In this document: positions 39,724 to 53,127 of the stretch, one piece after another
How positions within the stretch are numbered: the first letter of the stretch is position 1
How the letters are laid out: each line of letters starts with the position of its first letter
NCBI RefSeq assembly: GCF_001194135.2
Contig: NC_068990.1
Location: 86,997,688-87,061,546, forward strand
From: Octopus bimaculoides
Taxonomy: Eukaryota
DNA length: 63,859 nucleotides
Direction: 5' to 3'
Program-made: the position numbers and the translations under genes
The notes under the pieces: generated by a model
Databases searched by the model: none
What the model was told of the DNA's origin: nothing
Seen by the model: the letters and a program-made list of their open reading frames with translations, nothing else

Positions 39724-40093
39724 AGTTTGATGGCATTAAACAGATGTGAGATAAATCTCCTTCCTATACTTCGAATCTTGTACAAGTCTATCTCAGATTA
39801 CATTCCCAAATTAATACTGAGTTGATTTGTTACCAAATGTGTTCTATCTATGACCATCTCATCAGTATATCTATGACTCTATTGTCTGTGTCATAACTTT
39901 GTCTTTAAGATTTGGCCCTTATATCCAGCAGGTCAAGTGTTGACCGACCGCGTAGAAACTTTTTCCTTAGTCTGGAGTTAACGCCTCTTTGTAACAACCA
40001 AGATGAACTGAGGCTGATACAATAACGTGTTCTTCCCAGGCATATAATAACCTCACTAAATCATTTAATTTCTATTATTCTACTTTAGTTATT

Positions 40094-40194
40094 TTGTGTC
40101 TGGGGAGAGTCATTCTCTTTTAGTGCCTTATTATTTAACACACTCACCGGTAAATTATAAGGCACTAAAAGAGAATGACTCTCCCCAGACACAA
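40094..40194. repeat. Perfect 38-bp inverted repeat with a 25-nt spacer (probable internally deleted foldback MITE)
   Basis: ttgtgtctggggagagtcattctcttttagtgccttat (40094-40131) is the exact reverse complement of 40157-40194. Confidence 0.95.
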
Positions 40195-40280
40195 CAAAAT
40201 ATGCTTCAACACACGAACTCACATAAAGAATCTTGCAAACAATATCCAAAATATTTCAGTTATATTTTTCTAAACCAACA

Positions 40281-40686
40281 ATTTTTTAGAGGGGTGGGGG
40301 GCAGTCGATTAGATCGACTCCAGTATGTAACTGGTACTTAATTTATCGACCCCGAAAGGATGAAAGGCAAAGTCGACCTCGGCGGAATTTGAACTCAGAA
40401 CATAATGACAGATGAAATATCGCTAAGTATTTCGTCCGGCATGCCAACGTTTCTTATTTATTTATTTCTCACAAGGGGCTAAGCATAGAGGGAACAAACA
40501 AGGACAGACAAAGGGATTAAATCGATTACATCGATCCCAGTGCGTAACTGGTACTTAATTAATCGGCTCCGAAAGGATGAAAGGCAAAGTTGACCTCGGT
40601 GGAATTTGAACTCAGAACGTAGCGACGAGAGAAATACCGCTAAGCATTTCGTCCAGCGTGCCAACGATTCTGCCAGCTCACCGCCT
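40281..40686 (-). mobile_element. Two tandem SINE B copies with different 3' tails (40281-40454 and 40455-40686)
   Basis: The shared core gaaaggatgaaaggcaaagt.gacctcgg.ggaatttgaactcagaac occurs twice. The tails are ggggcagtcg-type and ggggctaagcatagaggg-type. Confidence 0.88.
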
Positions 40687-41540
40687 TAAGGTTGAATAAA
40701 TATCTGAATATCTGATGGATGGCTTGGCAGACATCTGGGTAGGTGGTTTGAGATATTGGATTCCATGCTTTTTAGTTGGGAGATCAAATTTGCACAAAAG
40801 TGTTTCATAGCATTTGCTAATGAAGAAATGTGATCCAAAATAAGAAAAAAATGATAGTTGAACTTCATGTTAAAATATAGCATTTAATGCACGGAACACT
40901 AGCAGAAAGCTAACTAGAAATGAATATATAGCAAGACAGACAGACAGATACACACACACATACAGAAATAGATGGATAGGTTAGCATCAATCTACTTGAA
41001 ATATAGAACATTATGTACGGAGCATTACGAAGCTAGAGTAAAATAAATATGTGGTAATACAGATTAATAAACCTACATACAAATCGATAGGTATGTTGAT
41101 AAATATCTACCAACAAACAGATATTTAGTATTTATTTTTCATTTCAACATGATTTAATATATTGACTTTCATTTTAAATATCTTATTTCAATCTTGCACA
41201 TTTACTTATTATTTTATCACACTTCAGCAAATACGATATTGTACACTTTGCCAATGGCATCGTAATGCGATGTGCTCGGAGTTTTCTTCCGTACTTGTGT
41301 AGATTTGAAAATAATATTAATCATTGACTGATATCGGCTTTTACTTGACACATATTTGTTTCTGGTTAGCTGTTTATTGCTCTGTATGTTAAATATATTA
41401 GCATCTTATCGCATCAACATACCTATCTATTTGTATGTTCGTATGCTTGCCAATCCGCTTCGTCACATATATTTAAATCTTGCTCACTACATAACGTTCT
41501 ATACATGAAATATATTAATACTAACTGATCCATTTGTCTG

Positions 41541-41597
<57 letters not shown>

Positions 41598-43185
41598 TTA
41601 TCTATCTATCTACGTATCTGTCAATATCTATTTATCTATCTATTTAATTGTCTATTTATCTGTCTCACTACATATTTACTCCTTTTTTTTAATATACCAT
41701 GATTTCAATATTTTAGCATATTTTTCAATATTTCAGTTTATACTGTTGTCTTTTCTTTATATGGGTGGCATTACTAAATATTTTAATATTATGAAACACC
41801 TTTAAGCATATTTGAGCTCACGCCCAATGAGCAGGTAACCCAATAACTCTATATCACCTCCACAGACATCTGCTTTGCCACATTATCAGGTACTTCAAAT
41901 TCAAGTTAATGAGGCATTCGATACATGACCACTCAACCTGCTAAAATTGGTAATCAAATGTCGGACGCCCGATTGTGTAAAAAAAACAAAAACAAACGAA
42001 GAATGCATTTTTCAATGTGCTCCTAGCTACACTATATTTTAAAAAAATATGATTGGATGGTCACAGCTGCAAAGTATTTAATTATGTCTACTGACCTTGA
42101 GCTAAAACAATAACACCATTGACAGAATCTCTGTATTTGCATTCATATTCCTATCTCAATAAGATCAATTAACTCTCCTTGCACCTGCTTTTAATTACTC
42201 GGCTGTAATTAGTTTTCTTAATCACGAAACTATATTAAACAACTGCGATAAACGATAAATATATATTTATACTGAAAATAGTACTTAAAATAACAAATGC
42301 TTATAAATGACTGCGTATATATAAATATGTAGAGAAAGAGAGTTGGTTAGATCTTATATTACTTTTGATGCACTCATGCATTTAGCTTAGATTTGCTTTC
42401 TGTCCGTGTATGAAGAGACATTGGCAATTAGCAGGCAACAACTGTCTCAGTTAAATGAAATAACTTGTTTTCTATGGATGGATCAGCTATCGATCTCGAC
42501 GATAATGTACCAGTTCGATAAACAAAACTACGTTTTCGTTATATTATAGTGATTAAGTTAAATACTCCAGACAGATTTTGTATTCTTAGCATAAATATAA
42601 AGCAGACACGGGGCGACGATATTGCGTAAGATGTCTGAACCTAAAAATTACAATTAGGGGGCCATCTTGAATTAAAATGAAAATGAGTGAGGATCCTACA
42701 AACCTTTGTTCCCATAATACAAATTATTTCATAATGATGGAACACATTTTATTTTAACTTGATAATGTATTATGCACGCTTTACAAGACACTGTATGTTC
42801 CTTGTGAAGACTCAGTGTTAGACTGCGTGTGATAAGGCATATTTTGTCATTTGCTGCTACATTCCATCGAAATAATGATGATGGTGGTGGTCGACGCCGA
42901 TGTGATGTTGTTACTGTTACTGCTACTACAGCTGGTAATGGTGGTTGAAGTTGTTTGTTCATGTGGTTTTAATACTAAAGACGCTCCAGCCATGAGTATT
43001 CCGTACCTTTTAAAAAAAGTGTATTTAGAGCTACATTTTTTAATGTGTCTGTTGTTCTTTAAAACGCTAAGATATTATATAAAGGAGACCATTGCTGGCA
43101 ACACGAGCAAACAGATCGAGGCCACGTTTTGGAAAGTGCTCGCACTAAAATTAACTCAAGTAAACAGAGAAGGAATCTTTCATTA

Positions 43186-43260
43186 ACTGGACTGGACTGG
43201 ACTGGACTGGACTGGACTGGAGTGGACTGGACTGGAGTGGACTGGACTGGACTTGACTGG
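43186..43260. repeat. (ACTGG)n pentanucleotide repeat
   Basis: Directly visible. Confidence 0.95.
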
Positions 43261-44650
43261 CCACGTACATGCTCTAACATTGGTGTAGGCATCTTCAATG
43301 ATAGAATAAAATAGTTAAAAGTAACACTTTTGACAAGGTACCAACCATAAAATAAACAAAATAAAAACGGTAAACAGTTTTCTGAAAGTGTTCTAGAGAC
43401 TTCCACTTGCAAAGTTGAGATAACATACAGGATATCGATCTGTGATATTAACTAGTATAACACATTACCGTCTGATCTAACTCTCCAGCAGTGATAGAAT
43501 TGATAACAACACGAGAAATGGTGTTGATAGGAAGTCGTATTAACAAGTGAAATTTAATAGTGAGATAAAGTGATGTGAAATACGATATATGCTCCACAAT
43601 ATTATAGCTAATGGTGAAATCAATATTAGCAGGAGGCGGAATATATCACAACCATCATGTTCAAATATTGTAGGCGTGTTGTGTAACGATAATGTTATGG
43701 TAATATAAAGGCGTGGCGTGAGCTGATAACATCAAGTTTCCGAACTTGTATAGTGATGTAATGAATATGAGCGTATGTATGTATTTATATATATGCATGT
43801 ATATATGTGCGTGTGCGTGAGTGGATGGATGGATGATGGATGGATGATGAATGAATCTTCTTCGGTTGCAAGGATGTGTATTTATTCAGACGTAACTGCT
43901 CAATGAATTAGGACGAGACGTGGCGAAAATACTTCAAGTCCTGAGGCATCCGATTGGTGAAACTGGGTGAAAATACGTGAAGTCCTCAGGCATCCGATAC
44001 AGTTTCTATCTACCAAAGTTTACTCGAGAATGATGGGCCAACCTGATCTACATGAAAGAGCATTTGCTCAACGTATCACAGTGCAGCATTTTGGGTAGTA
44101 GCTCGCCATTTTGAAGCGATCTTAACCATTCTCATCGACAGTATAAACTTCATTTCTACTTTATCTTTGTGTGCCCCTATCTACATCTAAACTATTTCGG
44201 ACTTTTCATATTCCGTCCTTTCCCTGAATTCCTGCTATATATATATATATATATATACATATGCATTTCTTTTCAATATGTTATTTAAGTATAAATATGT
44301 GATAAACTGACATGATATCGGTTGAATGCCCGTTTATGATTTTATTCCATTAGACCTATACCAGCTTCGTTGATATATTCCCTATCACCAATCTCCAGTT
44401 AAGCAGATATCACATTCCTGCACTAAACGCAGGAGTTTAGGTACAAATTCGTCGTCGTCGTTTTTATTATCATAATCATATAAAACAATATTCTGTCTAG
44501 CATGTTAACCTCAATGCTTATGTAAATCACTCAACTTCTTTATCTGTGAATTCGTGTCTGTAAGCTGGGAATGCGTACAATGAGCTTCTCTGCCATTGGT
44601 GTACGGAAAACACTCGGCGAGAAATCGAAGAAAATTTGAAGAAAGAAGAA

Positions 44651-44651
<1 letters not shown>

Positions 44652-44690
<39 letters not shown>

Positions 44691-44732
44691 GTATCAACAA
44701 CAACGACAACAATGATAATAATAATAATAATG

Positions 44733-44818
<86 letters not shown>

Positions 44819-44885
44819 AAGAAGAAGAAGAAGAAGAAGAAGAAGAAGAAGAAGAAGAAGAAGAAGAAGAAGAAGAAGAAGAAGA
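44652..44885. repeat. (AAT)n followed by (GAA)n
   Basis: Directly visible. Confidence 0.97.
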
Positions 44886-45276
44886 AAATGCTTTCTAATT
44901 GATGTATCAATACCAGCAGATGACAACGTTTCTCTAAAAGAAATGGAAAAACTTTCAAAATACAAAGACCTGGAAATAGAGATAACTCGAATGTGGAATC
45001 TAAAAACAGAAACAATTCCTATCATAGTAGGTGCCTTAGGTATAATAAAAAAATTATTCAGACAAATACATAACAAAAACACCAGGACTTACAAATATAT
45101 ATAACATACAGAAAATTGCACTACTGGGCACTGCACACATCCTACGCAAAACACTTTCAATACAGTAACCATAAGAGCACCACAGCAAATACCCAAGGCG
45201 CACAGAGCTGCGCTCGGTAGTGAAGTGAAAGCACGTTATAAAAATAAAACTACTGAACAATAATAATAATAATAAT
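44886..45276 (+). mobile_element. R4/Dong-clade non-LTR retrotransposon, 5'-truncated (RLE domain + 3'UTR + (TAA)n)
   Basis: Reads KCFLIDVSIPADDNVSLKEMEKLSKYKDLEIEITRMWNLKTETIPIIVGALG, then after a 1-nt frameshift SDKYITKTPGLTNIYNIQKIALLGTAHILRKTLSIQ*. This is the classic ID..P...EK..KY.DL / IVGALG / LLGTAHILRK restriction-like endonuclease signature. Confidence 0.9.
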
Positions 45277-46619
45277 CGTCATAGCTTCGAGAACTTTAGA
45301 TTTGCCAAATGTCATGGCTCTGATTCGTTCCCCCGTGATATCATAGCATCTCTACCATGCTTTGTCTTATTTTGGGGCTAAACATCAGCAAAAACCAACC
45401 AACAAACCAACCAACCAGAAGAAAATCAACCAGAAGCAAATCAAGACACTTCGTTTTTTTGTTTTGTATGGTTTATTTATTTATTTTTCTAAACTGGGGA
45501 CGGTGGATTTTATCTCGTTTGTTTTGGTGGAATTAGATATATTATCGAAGTACCATGTCTCTCGTCTTTCTTGTGTTTTTGTCTTTTTTTCCTACATATT
45601 GCCGACATCAAGACTAAGATCAGTGAATATTAGATGTATCAGGTCTGCCAGAAAATATATATGCCAGGCATTGTTGATATGTATTTACGTACAAAGTTGA
45701 AACCGTAGCAATGCGGTTTTAAGATCAAAACAGACATACATTTCTTATTCTATAATTCGATCAAACAGATTATAATCATGAAATACAGCTTTAAAAATTG
45801 AAAACAAAAATTCGTAAACATGCACGCACACACACACGCGCACATATATATATATGAGTACACATACATATATACATTTATATATATATATATATATAGA
45901 TATATGTGTATATCAATATATGTATATATATACAAATATATGTATATATGTATATATATATATATANNNNNNNNNNNNNNNNNNNNNNNNNNNNNNNNNN
46001 NNNNNNNNNNNNNNNNNNNNNNNNNNNNNNNNNNNNNNNNNNNNNNNNNNNNNNNNNNNNNNNNNNNNNNNNNNNNNNNNNNNNNNNNNNNNNNNNNNNN
46101 NNNNNNNNNNNNNNNNNNNNNNNNNNNNNNNNNNNNNNNNNNNNNNNNNNNNNNNNNNNNNNNNNNNNNNNNNNNNNNNNNNNNNNNNNNNNNNNNNNNN
46201 NNNNNNNNNNNNNNNNNNNNNNNNNNNNNNNNNNNNNNNNNNNNNNNNNNNNNNNNNNNNNNNNNNNNNNNNNNNNATATATGTATGTTTGTATGTATAT
46301 ATGTATGTATGTATGTATATATACATATATATTAACTGATGCTCGGGCATTTTCTTTTACTCAAAGCCAGGAACTTTTCAGCACCCTTTCGTGTACATAT
46401 ACACCCCTACACCACACCACCACACCTCCGCACCGCCACACCACCACAGCACATCACAACAACCCACATCACTCCACACACGCTACCACAGACCATCATC
46501 AACACATCAATACATTACAGACGCACACAAGTACACACGCACGCATCCACACATGTCAAAGTCACTAGCCCCTCTCCAGACATACACACACACACACACA
46601 CATTCTCACATGCACACAC

Positions 46620-46890
46620 GCAGACGCACCTTCGTTTTGGGATCACCAATACTTTATTATCTTCCCTTCTTTCTACCTCTGTTGTCAAACATTTTTTATC
46701 TAACCAGTTGCCATGTCTGACCGCTAAATCCACAAGTTGTTTTTTTTTTATTCTCCCTCTGTTTATTTTCTCTTATTCCTTTCTGTTGAAGAGCGTAGGC
46801 TCGAAACGTAAAAGACTTTCCCGAGCGTCAAACTAATACACCAGTTTGTTGTTTATACACCTGTCTTCGTCTTTTGTTTTTCTGTAAATT
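46620..46890 (+). mobile_element. Penelope-type terminal-repeat fragment with a hammerhead-like motif (46779-46814)
   Basis: cttt-CTGTTGA-a-GAGC gtag GCTC-GAAA-CG-TA-aaag. An inverted homologous copy lies at 54659-54852. Confidence 0.5.
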
Positions 46891-47884
46891 TCAACTATAT
46901 ATATATATATATTGTTTGTTGGGGACTGGATAAAAGTATGCGTGTGGTGTATTTTGTATAGTTTTTTTTAGGGGATCGCTGTTTATATGTGTGTTAGTAA
47001 ATGTGTATGATAATATTTTCACTCAACAGTGCACATACAGCTTACAGACAGGACTAGAAGGAAAATATACTAGAATTTGGTTTTAAGTGAACGTTAGCGA
47101 ATCAATAATGCAGTGACATGACATGAATTCTCTAGACTAGTTGTTAGTCAGTTGATATATAGCATTGCCTTTACATATCTATGTATATCTATGTCATTTC
47201 GTATGTATGTGCACGTATGTAAGCCTCTGTGTGTGCGTGCGAGCGTGTGTGTGTGTGCATGCGTGCATGTGTGTATGTGTGCGTGACGTATGTGTGTGTG
47301 TGTGAGAGTGTGTACATATATACATATTTATAAATGTAAGAAAAAACATTTTTTATGCAGTCACAACATATGCAAAATATTTTTTTGCTGGCAAATTAAT
47401 AATTATCTAAAAATCTAAAAATATCTTCTCAAAATATCAGATTAACGTACGCCTGATACATACAGACAAATAAACATACATACATTCATACATAACTGCA
47501 TACATGCACACACAGTCATATATACACACACACATACATACATACATACATACATACATACATACATACATACATACATACATGGTGGTGGCAGTGGATC
47601 TTTCGATCGAACCAAAGAAACTGTTTTCAATAGTTTTTTTTTAGATTGCTGATACTATCTGTCAGTCGCAACGCCTACGCGCGCACACACACACACATTC
47701 ATACATATATATTTATTTATGTATACATATANNNNNNNNNNNNNNNNNNNNNNNNNNNNNNNNNNNNNNNNNNNNNNNNNNNNNNNNNNNNNNNNNNNNN
47801 NNNNNNNNNNNNNNNNNNNNTATATATATATATATATATGCATATACATGTGTGTATGTGTGTTCTTTTCTATTTTTAATTATT

Positions 47885-48455
47885 TAAAGTCTTCCTATGA
47901 GGAAGGAGCTATTCTCTAACTCAAATGCATCGTAGGAGAGTAACTAGCGAAAACTTCGTGATATTTTGTATATGAGAAAAGACTTGCATATTCCTGCTCT
48001 TCCCATTTATGGATTGTATTTGTGTTTAGTGAAAGCCATAAATTTATCTAGATTGCCACTTTTTGGCATTTATTCATAAAACCAAGTATACCAATTACTA
48101 TTGGTATATAAATATATATATATATGGATTTATCATCTTAATATAGAAGCTGAAAGTTTTGAAACTGGTACTTGTCCTCTTTCACTTTGATTTCCTAAGA
48201 TATTCACATCAGCAGGGCAGCTTACCTCTATGACGGTACACACTTTAACGTTTTTGTCCCAAATAAGGATACCTAGCTTGTTATGTTTGCACCTGTTAGA
48301 GGTTTGGCTGGCAATATTCCAGCAATATTCTTTTGTGTTGATGTTTATATGTGTATTCAATAACAGGAGGGTTCTCGATGCTTAGTCCAGCACAGACTAT
48401 TTTCGGAGGGCATTGTATACTGTTTTAGTGACATCTTTTCGTATAATGTATCCGT
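47885..48455 (-). mobile_element. Decayed RLE-type non-LTR retrotransposon 3' end (NeSL/CRE/R2-group, a different family from 44886)
   Basis: Minus strand reads IRKDVTKTVYNALRK..KEYCWN...RCKHNKLGILIWDKNVKVCTVIEVSCPADVNI..IPIVIGILGF..GICKSFL, matching the RHD..(K)PD....D.....IE.SCP.D RLE motifs. Confidence 0.75.
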
Positions 48456-48504
48456 GTATGTGTATATATATAGTTTACAATTCTGTGATTGGTAAAAATA
48501 AAAA

Positions 48505-48605
48505 AATAAATAAATAAATAAATGTGCTCTTTTAAAGCCTAGCCAGTTTCCAAGTTTCAATGGCCTATGTATTCCCCAGCTGGACGGGACGCCAGTCCAT
48601 CGCAC
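48505..48605 (-). mobile_element. 3' end of another SINE family ('F')
   Basis: The reverse complement tgcgatggactggcgtcccgtccagctgggga resembles the tgcgatggactggc..cccgtccag motif common in SINE bodies. Confidence 0.5.
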
Positions 48606-49889
48606 TTTTGTCCCTCTACACACATCTCGAACAGCCTCGAATGGTGACATTTTCCTGCTGAAGTCATTCATAGTAGTCCACGGACCAAAAATCCTCCAAA
48701 CAGATCAGACGGTTCATTCGAACACGCCTGGAGTTTTTTACAGAACGTCATCATTTATACTTATTACTAGTCCTCTCTACACTGCTAAATTGACATTTCT
48801 ATCGACCTTATTGTCTCGCTTGTAGAGAGCAGGGAGTCTTAAGCAAATGTAACAATAATGTGTACTGCTTGCATAGAGATAACATTGAGGACTGAGTCAC
48901 AATATTTACTCATGTCACACCTTTAACAAACAACAGAAGTTGCTGATATTGTTTAGCTCCAGTTCAGCACGAAACATATTAACCTACAATCAAATGTGAT
49001 TCAACAGTAACCAGCCAATCATTTTCTATATCCGCTACTACATTATCTAAAGCGTGATTTTTAAGACGGCGTTGTAAGATTCGTGAGAGATCTAATTGCT
49101 TTTTATAACAGGTCGATCAACCAAATAGAGATTCCCTCGCTGAATTTAGCAATATATGACAATTTCATATCCAACGAAACAGTTTATAGCAATGTCAGGT
49201 TATTTTACTTTATTTCTTCTTTAGGAAGATGTGTGTGTATGTGTGTATGTATATGCATATATGCATATACAGATAAACATATATATTGAGAGAGACATGC
49301 AAATATATACATATATGTTTATTTTTATGTATATAGACTCCACCTCATTTATGTATATGCATGTACATGTGCATGTATGCGCATGCGTGTATAATGCTCC
49401 CTGTGGTATAAAACTATGAAGTGGCAACGTCCTGGAACCGATGAGATCCAGAGTTTATTAAATAATAGAAACTGTCAACTGGTCACCAGAGATTTACTGG
49501 TCAAAGTGACCCAGTGTATGAGACAAAGTTCTCACTAAGCAGTACATACACTACTGATGCAACTTCGATTAATCTGCCAGAAGTATGTTTTTATGAGAAT
49601 ATTAGGAAAATCAATAATACTACAGTGGTAGCGTCCACTGGATTCGTCGGCTCTAGATGAGAATCAGATCCACCATGTTTGGTTGCAATGGCTGTCACCT
49701 CTCATTGACAGTCTCATCTCCCTGTTCATGGCAGAATAGAAAAAGAAATAATCAGTTTTTACATCTGTGGATTAACCGTAGTTAGAGGAAGTCGCAGACT
49801 AATTTAATATATTATTCCAGTAATATGGCGGAAAGAGATCCATATATAGACTTAATGGAAGTATGGCCATTGTCATTGTCGCTGCTACA

Positions 49890-49922
<33 letters not shown>

Positions 49923-49927
49923 GGTGG

Positions 49928-49958
<31 letters not shown>

Positions 49959-50000
49959 CATGATGATGACGATGATGGCGATGACGATGATGACGATAAC

Positions 50001-50038
<38 letters not shown>

Positions 50039-50060
50039 CGATGACGATGACGACGATAAC

Positions 50061-50098
<38 letters not shown>

Positions 50099-50372
50099 CG
50101 ATGATGATGATGACGATGATGATGATGACGATGATGATGATGACGATGATGATGATGACGATGATGAATAAAACAATAATAATAATACGAAGCAGAAGAA
50201 GAAGAAGAAGAAGAAGAAGAAGAAGAAGAAGAAGAAGAAGAAGAAGAAGAAGAAGAAGAAGAAGACGAAGAAGAAAAAGAAGAAGAAGACGAAGAAGAAG
50301 AAGAAGAAGAAGAAGAAGAAGAAGAAGAAGAAGAAGAAGAAGAAGAAGAAGAAGAAAAAGAAGAAGAAGAAG
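49890..50372. repeat. Long compound (GAT/GAC)n then (GAA)n microsatellite
   Basis: Directly visible. Confidence 0.97.
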
Positions 50373-51140
50373 TATTTGGCATTAATATGAAAACTGTTGA
50401 ATTTTATAGGAGAAAGCTTCCAACACATAACGAAAGAGTAAAGAAAACCAGGAAGACAGAATTCCATTGACAAAGAACCAAATATCGAAAATTCCAACTG
50501 CGTTTATGATCAATGAAATTGGGATTAGAATTTTAATAGCAGAAAGCTTGAATTCTTTAGTCAGCAGATCCCGAAAAATATTGATAACGTTCGATAGATT
50601 CCACTCGAAAGTGGTATCGATCGTTTATTTTCTAGATAGGACGAAGAGGAAATCTATATGATTAATGGTTGATGGTTAATGGTACATTAAAGCAGAAAGG
50701 AATGTCATAGGGCGACAGGTAAGATTGGAACACACATAAACATACATACACATGTATACACGCACATATGCATAGATACTTATAGATTGATATTCGAACA
50801 TAGTTTTAATCATTATTTTTCTGGCTTCGGTCATTAGGCGGTGACAATGCTGGGATATTTATCTTTAATAGTCTTTGTCTATAATGTCGACCACGCCGCC
50901 TATTTTAGGTTGGTAAGTATCTCATTGATCACTATTTTATCGAATCACTGATTTAGAGTTTTACGATTTAACACAAACACACACATACATATACCTACAT
51001 ATGTGTATGTGTGTGTATACGTATATATATATATATATATATATATATNNNNNNNNNNNNNNNNNNNNNNNNNNNNNNNNNNNNNNNNNNNNNNNNNNNN
51101 NNNNNNNNNNNNNNNNNNNNNNNNNNNTATATGTATATAT

Positions 51141-51386
51141 ATACTCTTTACTTGTTTCAGTCATTTGACTGTGGCCATGCTGGAGCACCGCCTTTAGTCG
51201 AAGAAATCGACCCCAGGACTTATTCTTTGTAAGCCTGGTACTTATTCTATCGGTCTCTTTTGCCGAACCGCTAAGTTACGGGGACGTAAACACACCAGCA
51301 TCGGTTGTCAAGTGATATTGGAGGGACAAACACAGACACACAAACATATACACACACATACATATATACGACGGGCTTCTTTCACT
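51141..51386 (-). mobile_element. SINE A 3' half, well preserved
   Basis: ttacttgtttcagtcatttgactgtggccatgctggagcaccgcc...catatatacgacgggcttctttca. Confidence 0.9.
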
Positions 51387-51404
51387 CCAGAAAGGTTAGC
51401 GATC

Positions 51405-51800
51405 GTAAATCTCCAAACCAAAATGTTAAATAAACGCACAGAATTAATTCTTCTCGCCCTCACATTCGGAGATATCTTTTAATGTATTATAACAGCGCAT
51501 CAACAGCAGTAGCGTGAAACCAAGACCAAAAAGAAATCACTTTCTTATGTACTACAGCAGCATATGAACAGTAGTACTATGAAACCACACCAAGAAGATA
51601 ACTTCTAATAGAATACCTACATTAGTCACATAAAACCTAAATTAAAAAGGAGATACCCTTTGTTGCTATAGCAGCATGTCTACAATAGTATCATGAAATC
51701 CAAACCAAAACGGAGGTGTTTCTCTATATATTATAACAGTATTCTATCCGTAGTAGTGTGAAACCTGAATCAAAGGTGACATTTTCTCTTGCATTCTCAG
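51405..51800. repeat. Degenerate ~63-65 bp minisatellite, 5-6 units
   Basis: The anchor TGAAACC-like motif falls at 51515, 51580, 51631, 51694 and 51759, each unit roughly ggaga.a...tt...t.ta.ta.cagca...a.cagtag...tgaaacc..a.caaa. Confidence 0.7.
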
Positions 51801-52584
51801 AAAATAATCTGTGTCATAATTGATAATAAAGTCAGAAGCGTTCTTCCTACAACCAATCTCCTGATATTTCTTAAATAAGTGAACATCTAGTAATTCAATA
51901 AATTGGTTTATTTACCTCTAAAATAGGTCGTTTGCAAGAAAAAGACACCAAGTAAAATATCTTCCATTTTCTTTCACGTAAATTCACTTAATCATTGCCA
52001 CCAAGCTGTTTCAACTACACAGGCATGCACACAAACACACACACGCACACATTTATTAGTTTTACACACAATATTTACGCCATACACACGAACATACAGG
52101 CATAAACCTACAATCACAAGAGACGATGAAAATATACATGTGTTGCAAAGTAAATAAAACTCACAAAAATTAACAATGCCAACAGATACACGCATAGATA
52201 AGATATCACAACATATATGTTGCGACAAACAAATATATAAAAAAACATAGACACTTTCATCAAACGAACATACGCATATAGAAATCAAAACAATGAAAAT
52301 ACATATCTGATGAATAAAATATTACCAAAACTGAACGTTATGTCTTATGAATCAGTAAATAAAAGTTAAATAAGAGACCATATCCGACATTATCTGAAGA
52401 ACCATCTTATGGCGTAACTGATAGCTATAAAGTAAAGATAGAACATCTAGGTACTAGACAGATACATGTTTAGATGGATAGACAGAGTAATTGATATAGC
52501 TACAATCAAATACATACATGCATGCATACACAGATACATACATATACATACATATACAGAATTGTGTGCACGCTTATATGTATG

Positions 52585-52766
<182 letters not shown>

Positions 52767-53065
52767 GAGAAGTAACAACAGAAGAGCCAGTACTGAAGAT
52801 ATTAAGCTCGCTCATCAAGTGAGCCAACTTCTAAAGTGAGTCCATTACCATCCATTAAAACAGCATAAATAATTCAATTACAGTTTTCTTGTTCTGCGTG
52901 TTGTTGTAGTTGTTCTTGTAGTCATTGTACTTGCTATCCGTTGGCCATGTTGTTGTTGTTCTTGTTACTTTTGCTCGTGTTGTTAATCACGTTGTTATTT
53001 TCGTTATTGTTATCATGATTATAATCACCACCACCACCACCACCACCACCATCAGCATTATTATC

Positions 53066-53127
<62 letters not shown>

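Noticed and set aside
49418-49620. MKWQRPGTDEIQ resembling the RT domain-0 motif (K.W.APG.D.I)
   Set aside because: Similarity is too short and the downstream frames do not clearly continue, so it is not supportable.
51405-51800. CRISPR-like interpretation of the spaced repeats
   Set aside because: The whole unit is degenerate-repeated, there are no unique spacers or cas genes, and the context is eukaryotic.
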